Of a DNA stretch of 64,000 nt, positions 1 to 10,565 are shown one piece after another (position 1 is the stretch's first letter; each line of letters begins with the position of its first letter). The notes below the pieces were generated by a model that worked only from the letters and a program-made list of their open reading frames with translations, ran no database searches and had not been told where the DNA came from. Origin of the DNA: a virus. Location of the stretch: IMG/VR virus record IMGVR_UViG_3300012924_000001, positions 14,335 to 78,334 of that record. The stretch is one strand, 5' to 3'. A program made the position numbers and the translations under genes.

Positions 1-325
1 TGGGGCATTTGTATTACCAAGGCAGGGGTCAAAAGTGGGATTCTATTTCTTTATTATTGCATCCTCTGGAATGGATTGGGAGCATGTGAGCGTTTCTATT
101 ATACCACAAATGCGCTGCCCTACCTGGGAAGAGATGTGTTATATCAAATCTTTTTTCTGGGAAGATGAAGATGCGGTCATGCAATTACATCCTCCCAAAA
201 GCGAATGGGTAAATAATCATCCATATTGCTTACATCTTTGGAGGCCAATTCTTAAAGAAATACCTCTTCCTCCTAAAGGAATGGTTGGGCTTCAAAGAAT
301 GAATACAAAGAAAAACCTTACATGA
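1..325 (+). CDS. Conserved phage protein (WEHVSVS...CPTWEEM...HPYCLHLWRP family), probably 5'-truncated
   Basis: Recognisable motif set of a widespread small phage family; the frame appears open to the window edge. Confidence 0.7.
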   Translation, partial: GAFVLPRQGSKVGFYFFIIASSGMDWEHVSVSIIPQMRCPTWEEMCYIKSFFWEDEDAVMQLHPPKSEWVNNHPYCLHLWRPILKEIPLPPKGMVGLQRMNTKKNLT

Positions 326-359
326 TATATGATATGGAAGCTATGTTAAAACATAGCTT

Positions 360-2399
360 ATGCAAACAGTGCATGTATATGGAGTAGATTACAATACTCC
401 CGCCTATCCTAAAAGAGAAACTGTCTCTAATTGTAGAGAGGTTTTGGGAGACCAAAAATGGATACGTGCTCCTATTCCCGAATCATTTGATGAAATAGAA
501 TTTGATGAGGAAGGGAATGCTATTCTTTCTCTTGAGCAGGAAGATTTTGTTGTCTCAGAACTTGAACGAATAAATCACGGATTTTTCTTCTTTAACCGTG
601 GAGAGTTAACCTATATTACAGGCGTTCATTATTTTTACTTACAGTACTATACTCTTGAGGACGGTAATGCCCCTGATTACCGCGATGCAGACCGCAAATG
701 GTTTTACTTTCTCGAACATTGTTACAGTAAGCCTTATATAAAAGGGATCATCCGCATTAAGAAGCGTAGGGAAGGTGCCAGCTCTCAAGCTGCATGTTTT
801 CTACTATGGATGGCGCTCACTAATCCACAAAGCAACTGTGGTATTATTTCTAAGACAAGAGATGATGCCAAGGCTGTTTTCTCAGATATGGTGGTCCGTG
901 CCTTTAATTCGCTCCCTGCTTTCCTGCAACCCCGCGTAGAAGACTCAGAAAGTAAAAGCCAGCTTGTATTTGCAAAGCCCAAAAATAAAAAGAGAAATGT
1001 AATAAAAACTAAAGGGCAGCTGTATAATAAAGATCGTGGTTTGCAATCCAGGATCGATTATAAAGCTACGGCGCTTAATAGTTATGACTCTGGCCGTGTA
1101 ACGCTGCTCATGTGTGATGAGTCTGGCAAATGGGGTGTAGAGGTGCCTATTAATCAGTATTGGCCCATTGTGCGTAAGTGTCTTACCCAAGGTGCAAAGC
1201 GTGTAGGCTTTGCACTATTGATATCAACAGTGAATGATGCGGAGAACGGAGGTAGTGCTTACAAAGAAATATGGGATGAGTCTAACCATTTTGAAAATAA
1301 GATAACAGCTACAGGGTTATATAGATATTTTACTCCGGCTTACGAAGGCTTTGCAGGCTTTATTGATCCTTATGGTTTTTCTATTATAGATAAAGCCACC
1401 CCATCAATGCGCAATATGTTTTCTGAGCAGTATGGTGTAGAGTATGATGGGGCTGTAGACTATTTGATGAAGGAGCGTAAAGCGATCAAAGATCCTGTAG
1501 CGCTTTCTGAGTTGGTGCGTATGATGCCGTTCAATGAGAGAGAGGCATTTATGATCAGTCAAACAAAGTGCCACTTTTCAGTAAACAAACTTAACGAACA
1601 GATTGAGTATTTAATAGAAAATCCTCCCTACCTACGGAGAGGAAAGTTTTATCAAAAGGAAGATGGAACTGTTGATTTCCTTGATATGGAGGATGGGCCG
1701 TGGCATGTTTATAAATTTCCTACTAATGAAGAGCGCAATAGGCGCTTTATGACGGACAAGGGATGGAGTCCCGCAAATACAGCAAAGTATTGCAATGGCA
1801 TTGACCCCCATCGGCATAATTTTACAAAAACTCAAAGGAGCCTTTCAAAAACTTCCGCCTGGATAGGAGAGCGCTTTGATTCTAATGATCCGGAAAATAC
1901 TGGTATGCCTGTAGCATGGTACTATGACCGTCCTGCATTAAAGGCACAAATGTATGATCAAATGCTGTTTGCTGGTATTTTTTGGGGGACGCGAATGCAT
2001 TTTGAAACAGATGCTGGAGATGACTACTATACTTATATCAAAAGTAAAGGGCATCTTAATTATATTCGCTGGACGCCTACTTGCGCTATTGATCCTTTAA
2101 AACCAGGACGGCGTGTTCCTGGGACCAGCTCAAGAGATCCATTTGCACTTTCTAAGCAGCTGGAGCTAGGGATTGCCTTTATTGAACATCATTGTCATAA
2201 AGTATTCTTTATTGCCTTTTTGAGGGAAGCGCTCCTTTATGAGCACGATGACAGGCAGATATATGATACCGTTGTATCCTTTCTTATTATGCTTATTGAT
2301 ATGATGGGGGATACCAAGGCCAAAGTGGCAGATGAAAAGAGGGAAGTCCCAATCATAAATATATATAATTTATTGAATGCGAACCCTCGCACTAATTAA
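360..2399 (+). CDS. terL: Terminase large subunit
   Basis: Walker A variant KKRREGAS, Walker B LLMCDESGKW, nuclease motif GIDP; directly upstream of portal. Confidence 0.93.
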   Translation: MQTVHVYGVDYNTPAYPKRETVSNCREVLGDQKWIRAPIPESFDEIEFDEEGNAILSLEQEDFVVSELERINHGFFFFNRGELTYITGVHYFYLQYYTLEDGNAPDYRDADRKWFYFLEHCYSKPYIKGIIRIKKRREGASSQAACFLLWMALTNPQSNCGIISKTRDDAKAVFSDMVVRAFNSLPAFLQPRVEDSESKSQLVFAKPKNKKRNVIKTKGQLYNKDRGLQSRIDYKATALNSYDSGRVTLLMCDESGKWGVEVPINQYWPIVRKCLTQGAKRVGFALLISTVNDAENGGSAYKEIWDESNHFENKITATGLYRYFTPAYEGFAGFIDPYGFSIIDKATPSMRNMFSEQYGVEYDGAVDYLMKERKAIKDPVALSELVRMMPFNEREAFMISQTKCHFSVNKLNEQIEYLIENPPYLRRGKFYQKEDGTVDFLDMEDGPWHVYKFPTNEERNRRFMTDKGWSPANTAKYCNGIDPHRHNFTKTQRSLSKTSAWIGERFDSNDPENTGMPVAWYYDRPALKAQMYDQMLFAGIFWGTRMHFETDAGDDYYTYIKSKGHLNYIRWTPTCAIDPLKPGRRVPGTSSRDPFALSKQLELGIAFIEHHCHKVFFIAFLREALLYEHDDRQIYDTVVSFLIMLIDMMGDTKAKVADEKREVPIINIYNLLNANPRTN

Positions 2400-2412
2400 T
2401 CTATAAAATTGG

Positions 2413-2420
2413 TATATTTG
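2413..2420 (+). promoter_or_regulatory. Bacteroidota sigma70 -7 element (TATATTTG) upstream of portal
   Basis: Matches TAnnTTTG in an intergenic gap; a second match TAAATTTG at 2428-2435. Confidence 0.5.
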
Positions 2421-2454
2421 TTTTAACTAAATTTGTTACAACAAATATTAGGAG

Positions 2455-4818
2455 ATGATTGATAACAGGCTTATTGAGTTCCATAAAGGTACGAACAGGG
2501 ACAAGGAAGACCCCCGTTTTGGGATTAAGCTGGCCCAGGCGATCAGTTCTACAGTTGATAGGGGATATAACGGGTATTATACGCGCCGCAATGGTAAGAT
2601 CAAGATTAGCCGTGATATCGCAGCGGGGCATCAAAGCATGACCCAGTTTCTTGACTTAATGAACATCGATGGAAAAAAAGCCTTTGTTAACCTGGACCTT
2701 AGTCCTCCCTGTATAGCCCCCAAATTTATGGATATCATGACGCAGCGTTTTATGGAGCGCAGCGAAGAGGTCAAAGTATCTGCAATTGATCCGCTATCCA
2801 TGCGCAAACAGGCGCGTGAAAAAGAGGAAGCTGAATTCAGGATGGGGAACAAGGATCTAATTAATGCTATCCAGCAGGAAGCGGGTGTTCCTGTAGAAGA
2901 TCCTACCGCGTATACTCCAGAAGATAAGGACGACCTTGAATTTTACTTTGGATATGAATATCAGCTTCCAGAGGAAATAAAGTTTGAGAAGGCAGTGTCG
3001 TATGTTTTAATTGATAATGATTGGTTACCCGTTTGTAAACGTAAGATCATCGAAGATATGGAGGAAACTCCCTTCGCGGCCACACGTACCTATGTTGATG
3101 TTAATGGTAAAATAAAGATAAGAGTCTGTGAACCAGAAAATACTTTTTACTCTTGGAGTAAATTTAATGATCTCAGGGATATAGCATGGTGTGGAGAGTT
3201 GTATAAAATGAAGGTCACAGAATACCGTGCTAGATTTGCAGAGGACTATATAAGGAAATATGGACCTGAAGAAGCTGAGAAAAAATTGTTTGAAGATGTA
3301 ATGACAGCCGCGAGTCAGTTCCCTGACTATACCGCTCTTAGTTGGAACTATGATTGGTCCTTTTCTTATTACCGGCCTTATGATGATTGGGAAATTGAGG
3401 TAATGGATTTTGAGTTTAAGACCGTGGATAATGATATTTATACTACAAAAACTAATAAATACGGTAACCTTATTGCCGTTGATAAAAGGAATAAAATTCC
3501 ACAAAATTTAGGCGAAAGTAAAGAAATAGTCTCCAAGCAGGTATATAATGTATACAGGGGATATTATGTGCGCAAACTGGATAAACTTTTTTGCTGGGGG
3601 CTGGCCAAGAACATGATCCGTCCTCAGAGCAACCTGAGTGATGTCTATTTCTCCTACAGCTTCTATATGCCTAAAAACCGGAACATGGATAATGTCACGC
3701 TTCCGGAAAGAATGAAGTCCTCTATAAACCAAATGACGCTCTCCCACTTGAAGATTCAGCAGCTCATCGCCAAAATGCGTCCCGCTGGTATCCTGGTGGA
3801 TATAAATGGACTACAGGATATAGACCTTGGCTTAGGCCATACCGTAACTCCCCTGGAGATGCAGGCTGTTTATGATCAAACAGGTAATGTTTACTATAGA
3901 AGTATAAAAGAGGACGGAGAGACCCGTCAAATAGTCCCTATCCAGGAACTGCCGAATGCTGGCTCAGTTGCCCAAATCCAGAACTGTATTAATATATACA
4001 ACTTCTACCTGGAACGTTTGCGTCAAGACCTTGGCACTAACGAATATGTGGAGGGGCAGTCTGTCAATCCAAAGCTCGGACTTGGTGTAATGGAAAATCA
4101 AATGGCCTCTTCTAACCGGGCAACAGCATATATATATGAAGGTTATCTTTCTCTTATGCAGAACACCTGTAGAAAGGTGGCCATGTTGCTCTGGGACAAT
4201 GTTATGTTCGGCGGTAAGGAATACAGGCATTTTATCGGTGATGAAGAGCTAGAGGATAAATATTTTGATGTAAACATTGAAATGTTGCCTGATGAGATGG
4301 AACGTGCTAAGATCGATCAGAAGGTAGAAACGGCACTTTCTGCTGGGATCATTGAGTTCCAGGATGCCTTCAAGATCAATAACATCAAGAACGTTAAACT
4401 GAAGGAGCTTTATTTGTCTCGTGCTCAGAAGCGTAACCAGCAAATGAAGATTCAGGAGAATCAGGCCAACATCAAAGCGACCTCAGACGCTCAAATTGCT
4501 TCAGCCCAGGCAACTACCCAGGGTAAACAGCAGGAGCTTCAAACTGACTATAGGGGTAAGGCTGTTATTGCTCAGATGAATGCGGATGCTAGTTCAAAAT
4601 TGGAACTACAAAAGTTCGTTCAGCAGTTACAGTTAGTATCTTTTGAAACAGGGACGCCGATCCCTGCGGACATGCAAGCTATTGTTGATGGTTTCTATGA
4701 TTCAATGGCTGAACAGGAAACGCAGCAACAGGAAATGGCTGATTCTGTGATGGAAGCGGATGAACAGCAGCAGCAGCAGCAACAAATGCAACCAGGACAA
4801 GCACCACAAATGGCATAA
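2455..4818 (+). CDS. Portal protein
   Basis: 787 aa after terL; IAPKFMDI motif, helical Q-rich C-terminus typical of crAss/P22-like portals. Confidence 0.88.
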   Translation: MIDNRLIEFHKGTNRDKEDPRFGIKLAQAISSTVDRGYNGYYTRRNGKIKISRDIAAGHQSMTQFLDLMNIDGKKAFVNLDLSPPCIAPKFMDIMTQRFMERSEEVKVSAIDPLSMRKQAREKEEAEFRMGNKDLINAIQQEAGVPVEDPTAYTPEDKDDLEFYFGYEYQLPEEIKFEKAVSYVLIDNDWLPVCKRKIIEDMEETPFAATRTYVDVNGKIKIRVCEPENTFYSWSKFNDLRDIAWCGELYKMKVTEYRARFAEDYIRKYGPEEAEKKLFEDVMTAASQFPDYTALSWNYDWSFSYYRPYDDWEIEVMDFEFKTVDNDIYTTKTNKYGNLIAVDKRNKIPQNLGESKEIVSKQVYNVYRGYYVRKLDKLFCWGLAKNMIRPQSNLSDVYFSYSFYMPKNRNMDNVTLPERMKSSINQMTLSHLKIQQLIAKMRPAGILVDINGLQDIDLGLGHTVTPLEMQAVYDQTGNVYYRSIKEDGETRQIVPIQELPNAGSVAQIQNCINIYNFYLERLRQDLGTNEYVEGQSVNPKLGLGVMENQMASSNRATAYIYEGYLSLMQNTCRKVAMLLWDNVMFGGKEYRHFIGDEELEDKYFDVNIEMLPDEMERAKIDQKVETALSAGIIEFQDAFKINNIKNVKLKELYLSRAQKRNQQMKIQENQANIKATSDAQIASAQATTQGKQQELQTDYRGKAVIAQMNADASSKLELQKFVQQLQLVSFETGTPIPADMQAIVDGFYDSMAEQETQQQEMADSVMEADEQQQQQQQMQPGQAPQMA

Positions 4819-4819
4819 T

Positions 4820-5020
4820 ATGGCGACAATTCATGTAGTACCTATTGGAGAGACTGACAAACACACAAGAGGAAAGGATTGTAAGTGTGTTCCTTTAGAA
4901 TCGGACCATAATGGAGGTCTGCTTGTAATTCACATAGCCTTCGATAATTCCATGAACCGTTCTGATTCTGTAAAGGAATTACTCGATAGACCAATGATGG
5001 CGCATTATATGCAAGAGTAA
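4820..5020 (+). CDS. Small His/Cys phage protein (HVVP...H...CxC family)
   Basis: ATG 1 nt after the portal stop; motif IHVVPIGETDKH...DCKCVP...IH. Confidence 0.6.
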   Translation: MATIHVVPIGETDKHTRGKDCKCVPLESDHNGGLLVIHIAFDNSMNRSDSVKELLDRPMMAHYMQE

Positions 5021-5052
5021 AATTAATTTTTCACTATAATAAAAAATGATTA

Positions 5053-5060
5053 TACTTTTG
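5053..5060 (+). promoter_or_regulatory. Bacteroidota -7 element (TACTTTTG) upstream of scaffold/capsid genes
   Basis: TAnnTTTG match in an AT-rich intergenic gap. Confidence 0.5.
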
Positions 5061-5108
5061 TTTAGTAAGTCTATTTTATAAACTTATTTATAACATAAAC
5101 TAAATTCT

Positions 5109-6284
5109 GTGAATTTATTCAATCCTGCACCAGGAACGAGTTTTGATCAAAATGGAAGTGTTATAGCGCCTCCTGTAGAGACAGAGACGACTGAAACAGC
5201 TGAAGTAAAGATAGACACTCCAATAGCGCCCCCTGAAACCACTGAACAGAAGCCGGAGTCTATAGTTACTGAGCCTGCCGCTCCGATAGCACCAAGTTCT
5301 GATATCAACTGGGAGCAGGTATTGACAGAAAAAACAGGTGGAAAATTTAAGACCTGGGATGACGTTTCCGCAAAGCTTGCTGAAGAGAAACAGGATATTA
5401 CCTTTTCAAATGAAGAATCCAAAAAGATCTTTGATTACCTGCGTGAAGGAAAGGTGGATGATGTATTGCAAGTATACAATGAGCAGAAGCGTCTTTCTTC
5501 TCTGAAGGAGATGTCAGACGAAGAAGCGGTCAAGCTTTCCATGGAATATAAGCAAGCAGGATTGAAGGGTAGTGATATTGACGATGAGTTTTCTGTTATA
5601 TATCAAATCGAAAGACCCGAGGCTCCTAATCCAGATGATTATTTAGATGAGGATGCACAGGCAAAGGCAGAAAAGACTTATCAGAAAGAGCTGAAGGCTT
5701 ATGAAAAAGAACACAAAGCCTTACTTCGTAAGTTAAAACAAGACGCGGTAGATGCGCGTGATTATTTAGGTGGCCTTAAAAAAGACATTTTATTACCGGA
5801 CATACATCCTAAGCAGGAACAAGAAGTCGATGAGGCTGAAATCAACCAAAGGGTCGAAGAAGCCAATCGGGAACGGGAAAGATACCTCAATAGTCTCAAC
5901 CAGACCTTTAACGAGTTCAAAGAAATACCATTAAAAGTAAATGACGGGGGAGTCAGCTTTGATGGGAAATTTGAAATTGAAGAAAGTGAAAGAGTGCAGT
6001 TAAAGAAGGATTTGGCTGAAAAAAATGTTATTGATCTTTTGTTATCTCGCTATGTCAAGGAGGACGGCTATGATACCAAGCAACTAATGGAGGATGTCTA
6101 TTTGTTGCAGAATAAAGAAAAGATCATTAACAGTATTATCAAGCAAGCCGTATCAAAGGGGAAACTTGAGAAGATCAAGGAAGCCAAGAACGTTGACCTT
6201 GATTCGACCAGCAAAGGTAATTTCGAACCGTCCAAGGAGGCTGAATATAAAGAGTTCAGCCGCAATTTTCTTTTAGCGAGATAA
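5109..6284 (+). CDS. Putative capsid scaffolding protein
   Basis: Acidic, coiled-coil-rich, between portal and capsid genes. Confidence 0.65.
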   Translation: MNLFNPAPGTSFDQNGSVIAPPVETETTETAEVKIDTPIAPPETTEQKPESIVTEPAAPIAPSSDINWEQVLTEKTGGKFKTWDDVSAKLAEEKQDITFSNEESKKIFDYLREGKVDDVLQVYNEQKRLSSLKEMSDEEAVKLSMEYKQAGLKGSDIDDEFSVIYQIERPEAPNPDDYLDEDAQAKAEKTYQKELKAYEKEHKALLRKLKQDAVDARDYLGGLKKDILLPDIHPKQEQEVDEAEINQRVEEANRERERYLNSLNQTFNEFKEIPLKVNDGGVSFDGKFEIEESERVQLKKDLAEKNVIDLLLSRYVKEDGYDTKQLMEDVYLLQNKEKIINSIIKQAVSKGKLEKIKEAKNVDLDSTSKGNFEPSKEAEYKEFSRNFLLAR

Positions 6285-6316
6285 TTTATTTTTAACTCAA
6301 ATTAACCATTAATATC

Positions 6317-7687
6317 ATGGCCGCTCCTCTAATGCCATCCGGTATATCGCTGCCCGTAGCCAACCGGGCGCTCCTTTTGACGGACATACAAATGCTGGCT
6401 CCGCATTGTTACAAGGATTTTGTAGAAATATATGGTCAGCAAAGCTGGATAACAATTCTTGACCTCCTGGGTAAGAAAGAGTTTGTTCCTGGCCGTGACT
6501 TCTTCCATTTTGAATCACGCGGTAAGCTCCACCAAAAAGTAACTGTTCAGACAGCTGTAGTAGCTCCTGCTGCTGGCGCTGACGTTACCGTAGTAGCAAT
6601 TGCCGGGGATCACTTTAACAGTGGTACACAATCACCATGGCGCGTGAACGAAGTCGTTAGGATTTCTTCTAGCGGTATAGAGGGTAAGGTCGTGAGTGTG
6701 AATAAAACCACTCCTAACGCCCACTCTGCCGTTATACGCCCAGAGAAAACAACTGCCGCTTTTGTTTCTGCCGGTTCTGCCAACCTGTTAGCAGGTGAGA
6801 TGTTGGAATTCAAAGGCGTTACTGAAGCTGGAGAACGTTCAGATGCTCCTGATCCGATCATCAACCTGACCAACAAGATATCAAATACCACCACGGAGAT
6901 CCGGGAGGTATGGCGTGAAACTGACCGCTCCATGATTGAGGAACTGATGTTCAATTATGACGGGCAGCCTTATTATAAGTATAAGGGTATGGATGAGTCT
7001 CAGAGGAAGTTCCTGAATAACAAAGCATTCAAGTTGTTCATGGGCGACACTGCTGACAACCTTGGTGCTTTGGGCGGTTCTGTGGGTACACAGGGACTTA
7101 TTCCTCGCGTGCGGACAGGTGGACAGACCCTTACTTATACTGCCGGTTCCTTGGATATCCCCAAGATCCATGAAGTAACACGCACCCTGGATTTCTACGG
7201 TGGTGCTCAGGAATATCACTGGCTCCCGGATGTATACCAAAACCAGGAGTTCAATGATGAGCTATTCACTCAGTATAACGGTGGTGCGATCATCTGGAAC
7301 AGTGTTGGTGGATCTGCTGATATCGCAATCGGCTATGGTTTCTCCAGTGTTGCCATTGATGGGTTTGTGTTCCACGTACGGAAGGAACTGATATTTAGTC
7401 CGGAAGCTGTATATGGTGCTGCTCCTACCGTAGGGGTTCCTGAGTTCCGCAACTTTGGTCTTTTCGTACCGCAGAAGAACTTCACTGACCCGGTTCGTAA
7501 ACAAACTATACCGGCTGCGCAGTTGATTTACAATGCAGTGGAAGGGAATAGCGAAATAAAGGTTTGGGAGACTGGCGGATATGCAAAAATTCCGAACACA
7601 AACATCGCTGAAGTGTGTATCAATTGGTTGCAATACTGCGGCCTTCGCGTATTCGGTGCAAATCAGTTCCTTATTCTCGAAGCATAA
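6317..7687 (+). CDS. Major capsid protein
   Basis: 456 aa; position; GTQGLIP and GLRVFGANQF-type motifs of crAss-related HK97-fold capsids. Confidence 0.88.
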   Translation: MAAPLMPSGISLPVANRALLLTDIQMLAPHCYKDFVEIYGQQSWITILDLLGKKEFVPGRDFFHFESRGKLHQKVTVQTAVVAPAAGADVTVVAIAGDHFNSGTQSPWRVNEVVRISSSGIEGKVVSVNKTTPNAHSAVIRPEKTTAAFVSAGSANLLAGEMLEFKGVTEAGERSDAPDPIINLTNKISNTTTEIREVWRETDRSMIEELMFNYDGQPYYKYKGMDESQRKFLNNKAFKLFMGDTADNLGALGGSVGTQGLIPRVRTGGQTLTYTAGSLDIPKIHEVTRTLDFYGGAQEYHWLPDVYQNQEFNDELFTQYNGGAIIWNSVGGSADIAIGYGFSSVAIDGFVFHVRKELIFSPEAVYGAAPTVGVPEFRNFGLFVPQKNFTDPVRKQTIPAAQLIYNAVEGNSEIKVWETGGYAKIPNTNIAEVCINWLQYCGLRVFGANQFLILEA

Positions 7688-7697
7688 TAATCATAAT

Positions 7698-7727
7698 AGC
7701 ATAGCGTACTCATTAGTACGCTATGCT
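7698..7727 (+). other. Perfect 13-bp hairpin after the capsid gene (mRNA stabiliser or attenuator)
   Basis: AGCATAGCGTACT-CATT-AGTACGCTATGCT with no U-tract. Confidence 0.6.
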
Positions 7728-7757
7728 CATTGTAGGACAAGGTAAAAATTTATAGTC

Positions 7758-8285
7758 ATGGCAGAACAACGTTTAAGGATATTACCTGGAAGTGGCGCTG
7801 TAACATTCGATGCGGATTTTGCATCGAAAGGATTTGCTACACTTACAGGTAACATGACGCTCACTCTGACAGGTATGAATATTGGCAAACAAGTGACTCT
7901 TTGGTTTACCCAAGATGGCACTGGTAGCAGAACGCTAACGCTGACCGCTTTTTCAGGAGGCGCAAACGTGACTGTAGGTACGAATACATTTAATGGTGCA
8001 GCTGGTACAACCACAAAAGTAATGTTGATTAATATTAACAACATTTTGTTTGTCGAATATGGCGGCGCTGGCGGCAGCGCATCTTCTGTTCCATTTGCTA
8101 ATGTTACGGGTAAGCCTACCACACTGGTGGGATATGGTATCACAGATGCGATTCCTACCACGCAAAAGGGCGCTGCGAATGGTGTTGCCACTTTGGATGC
8201 AACGACTCATGTGCCGACTGCTCAATTGGGAAGTGGGTCAGCAACTAACGTAACAACGCTGCATGGAGATAATAGCTGGAGTTGA
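7758..8285 (+). CDS. Putative capsid decoration / head-fibre protein
   Basis: Beta-rich TQDGTGSRTL domain plus fibre motifs KPTTLVGYGITDA and GAANGVATLD. Confidence 0.6.
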   Translation: MAEQRLRILPGSGAVTFDADFASKGFATLTGNMTLTLTGMNIGKQVTLWFTQDGTGSRTLTLTAFSGGANVTVGTNTFNGAAGTTTKVMLININNILFVEYGGAGGSASSVPFANVTGKPTTLVGYGITDAIPTTQKGAANGVATLDATTHVPTAQLGSGSATNVTTLHGDNSWS

Positions 8286-8303
8286 TTCGTTAAATCTTAC
8301 ATC

Positions 8304-8627
8304 ATGGCAGAGCCAAGAATAAGGATACTTACTGGGACAGGCATTGTAAATTTTGATATCACCTTTTCGCGCAGGGCTAAGATTACCTTGACGGGTAATG
8401 TTGTGTTCACTTTTAGCGGAATGACGGAAGGAGCTACCGCGATTGTATATATTCAGCAAGATGCAACTGGCGGTCGTACAGTTGGGGTACTTCCCCCATT
8501 GGGCACGCAACTGGTGATCCTGGGAGATCAAACAGATATTTCCACAACCGCCAGCGGCCGTTCAATAATTACAGTCACATTGGCACAAGGAGCTTATGAG
8601 GTAACTTTTGCACCGCAAGCTCCATAA
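8304..8627 (+). CDS. Paralog of the N-terminal domain of 7758..8285
   Basis: MAEPRIRIL.G.G.V.FD...TLTGN...QQDATGGRT aligns with the preceding gene. Confidence 0.65.
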   Translation: MAEPRIRILTGTGIVNFDITFSRRAKITLTGNVVFTFSGMTEGATAIVYIQQDATGGRTVGVLPPLGTQLVILGDQTDISTTASGRSIITVTLAQGAYEVTFAPQAP

Positions 8628-8653
8628 TATATTTTTTACTTAAATAATAGTTT

Positions 8654-9559
8654 ATGGCCGGACCGGGCAGACCTCCTAAGACCATTCAGGATCTGGATGC
8701 TCAATTAGGAGCAGATGGACAAATTCAAGAGGTGGATGTTTTAGAGCCTCCTAAGAAAAATAGACAAAAGGATCGTGCAACTTATACGTTTGAGATGGTG
8801 GGACCATTCCCCAAAGATCCTCAGAACGGTACAATAAGATATCCTGGGTTAAGCCTGGATAACTGTCAGGTAGTGTTTGATGAAGAAACAGGAGTCCAGC
8901 GGACTGCGAGACTTATTCGCGGCCTTAATACGTTTTGGATGGATGAACAAAAGGACATCGATCCAAAATATATTGCCCGTAATAAGCCTACATTGAGCTT
9001 TAACAACGGCCAGATACACATACCGGCTACAGAAGCGCTTACTGTACGTTTTCTCATGCTTCGTTCGGATTTTGTTGGTTGTAAACAGCCAACTGTAAAT
9101 CGTAAGCCACGCTATAAGCTGGTGGACACCGAAGCTGAAGAGGCTTTAATATTCGATTTGAAGAAAAAGGTTAAAGATGCTGCTGACAAAGCCTGGGGAA
9201 CGAGGATGGAAGATCTTATCCCGCACGCTGAATACCTGGGTATACGTATGATCAACGATAAGGGCTTCCCTAAGTCTGAGGATGCATTGCGTACAGACTA
9301 TGTAAATAAAGCGGAGGCACAGCCAGATCTTTTCCTTCGTACCTATGAGAACCCCAAGGTGAAAATGTATGGTCTTGTGAAGAAGGGATTTGAGCAGAAC
9401 GTGGTTATCTACCTGGAAGGTCAGGCGCTCTGGGCTGATACAAAGTCTATGATTTGTCAAGTTCCTCATTCCAGGCAGGACAATGTGGCCGACTATCTGG
9501 CCGAATTGATGCTGACCAAGGAAGGGTACGCGCTCAGGTCACGTTTAGAAAAAGCATAG
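8654..9559 (+). CDS. Conserved head-module protein, function unknown
   Basis: 301-aa ORF closing the head operon; N-terminal GRPPK AT-hook-like motif. Confidence 0.6.
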   Translation: MAGPGRPPKTIQDLDAQLGADGQIQEVDVLEPPKKNRQKDRATYTFEMVGPFPKDPQNGTIRYPGLSLDNCQVVFDEETGVQRTARLIRGLNTFWMDEQKDIDPKYIARNKPTLSFNNGQIHIPATEALTVRFLMLRSDFVGCKQPTVNRKPRYKLVDTEAEEALIFDLKKKVKDAADKAWGTRMEDLIPHAEYLGIRMINDKGFPKSEDALRTDYVNKAEAQPDLFLRTYENPKVKMYGLVKKGFEQNVVIYLEGQALWADTKSMICQVPHSRQDNVADYLAELMLTKEGYALRSRLEKA

Positions 9560-9597
9560 TTTCCGTATCTGAAATATGTAAGTAGATTAGGTCTATT

Positions 9598-9623
9598 ACC
9601 CCGGATTTTTATCCGGGGTTTTT
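9598..9623 (+). terminator. Intrinsic terminator of the head operon
   Basis: ACCCCGGAT-TTTT-ATCCGGGGT followed by a T-run. Confidence 0.85.
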
Positions 9624-9639
9624 ATTTACGGAGGGCAAT

Positions 9640-9668
9640 AAAAAACCCCCTCCTATAAAGGAAAGGGG
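9640..9668 (-). terminator. Intrinsic terminator of the convergent minus-strand operon
   Basis: CCCC...GGGGG hairpin plus T-run on the minus strand. Confidence 0.6.
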
Positions 9669-9754
9669 CGTTTCACACCACACCTTTAACATCCATGTAA
9701 AATCGCCGGACATTAAAGTACAGTGTAAATTTAGTGTTTTATTTAAAATAAAAA

Positions 9755-10393
9755 TCAAAATTCATATTCTAATCCTTCCACCGTAGCTCCCAAGAAATCC
9801 CGATCAAAGTTTACTCTTATAATAGACTGGTGAACATTCTCCCAAACATACTTCAGTTCTACGTCTGCATGTTTGGCTATCGCAATAACATCCCCTTTCT
9901 TTATCTCATCGACCTGATCAGGCACCTGTTCTACATATACAAGGTTATCCCATTTTTCTTTTGTAATACCGCCTATCACTCCTGAAGGAGTAATAGGGAT
10001 GGGTTTGTAGATACGCCTGCAAATGACGCTCTTATCGATGCAGTAAATCTCTCCGGTAGGCTTCACTCCAAGCCAACATAAGGGCTTTTCAATAGCAAAC
10101 AACCTTTCGCCCTCATCTAACAGTGATCCCATCCCAAAGACCTCTTTCCGCTCGTTTTCAAAGGCATTGTGCTGCGTAAGGACATAATCTCCCATTTCTA
10201 TCTCATCGCAGGATGTAACAGCACGCCCTACAGTAGGATTGCCATCCCATCCATTTTCTTTCCAATCCTTTTCTCCCATGTAGATATCCAGGTGAGAGCC
10301 ATCTAGCATCTTAATTCTATGGCTTGTTTTTTGGGCAGGCCATACCGCAACCAAAAGTCGCTTTTGGTTAATGTGATTATTAGGTACTTGCAT
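9755..10393 (-). CDS. Tandem GroES-like (co-chaperonin-fold) protein
   Basis: Two GroES-like repeats, EIEMGDYVLTQHNAF and EIKKGDVIAIAKHAD. Confidence 0.6.
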   Translation of the reverse strand: MQVPNNHINQKRLLVAVWPAQKTSHRIKMLDGSHLDIYMGEKDWKENGWDGNPTVGRAVTSCDEIEMGDYVLTQHNAFENERKEVFGMGSLLDEGERLFAIEKPLCWLGVKPTGEIYCIDKSVICRRIYKPIPITPSGVIGGITKEKWDNLVYVEQVPDQVDEIKKGDVIAIAKHADVELKYVWENVHQSIIRVNFDRDFLGATVEGLEYEF

Positions 10394-10397
10394 TTGT

Positions 10398-10565
10398 TTA
10401 TCCTTTACCTTTACCGCTTACTTTTTTTAATGCAGGATTGGCGGCCTTTGCGGCAGGAGATGCCTCACGGGTTTTCTTAGCCAGAATGGCACCCGCTGCT
10501 GCTTTAGAATAACCTTCTTTTTGGATCTTTTTTTGTACGGCACCAAAGCCAGGATGGTTTTTCAT
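10398..10565 (-). CDS. Small basic protein MKNHPGFGAVQKKI...AGAILA...NPALKKV (55 aa, not in ORF track)
   Basis: Manual translation; ATGA overlap with the upstream gene; resembles a recurrent phage family. Confidence 0.7.
   Translation of the reverse strand: MKNHPGFGAVQKKIQKEGYSKAAAGAILAKKTREASPAAKAANPALKKVSGKGKG

Noticed and set aside
4766-4783. CAG microsatellite as a phase-variation locus
   Set aside because: In-frame poly-Gln in the disordered portal tail, common in portals
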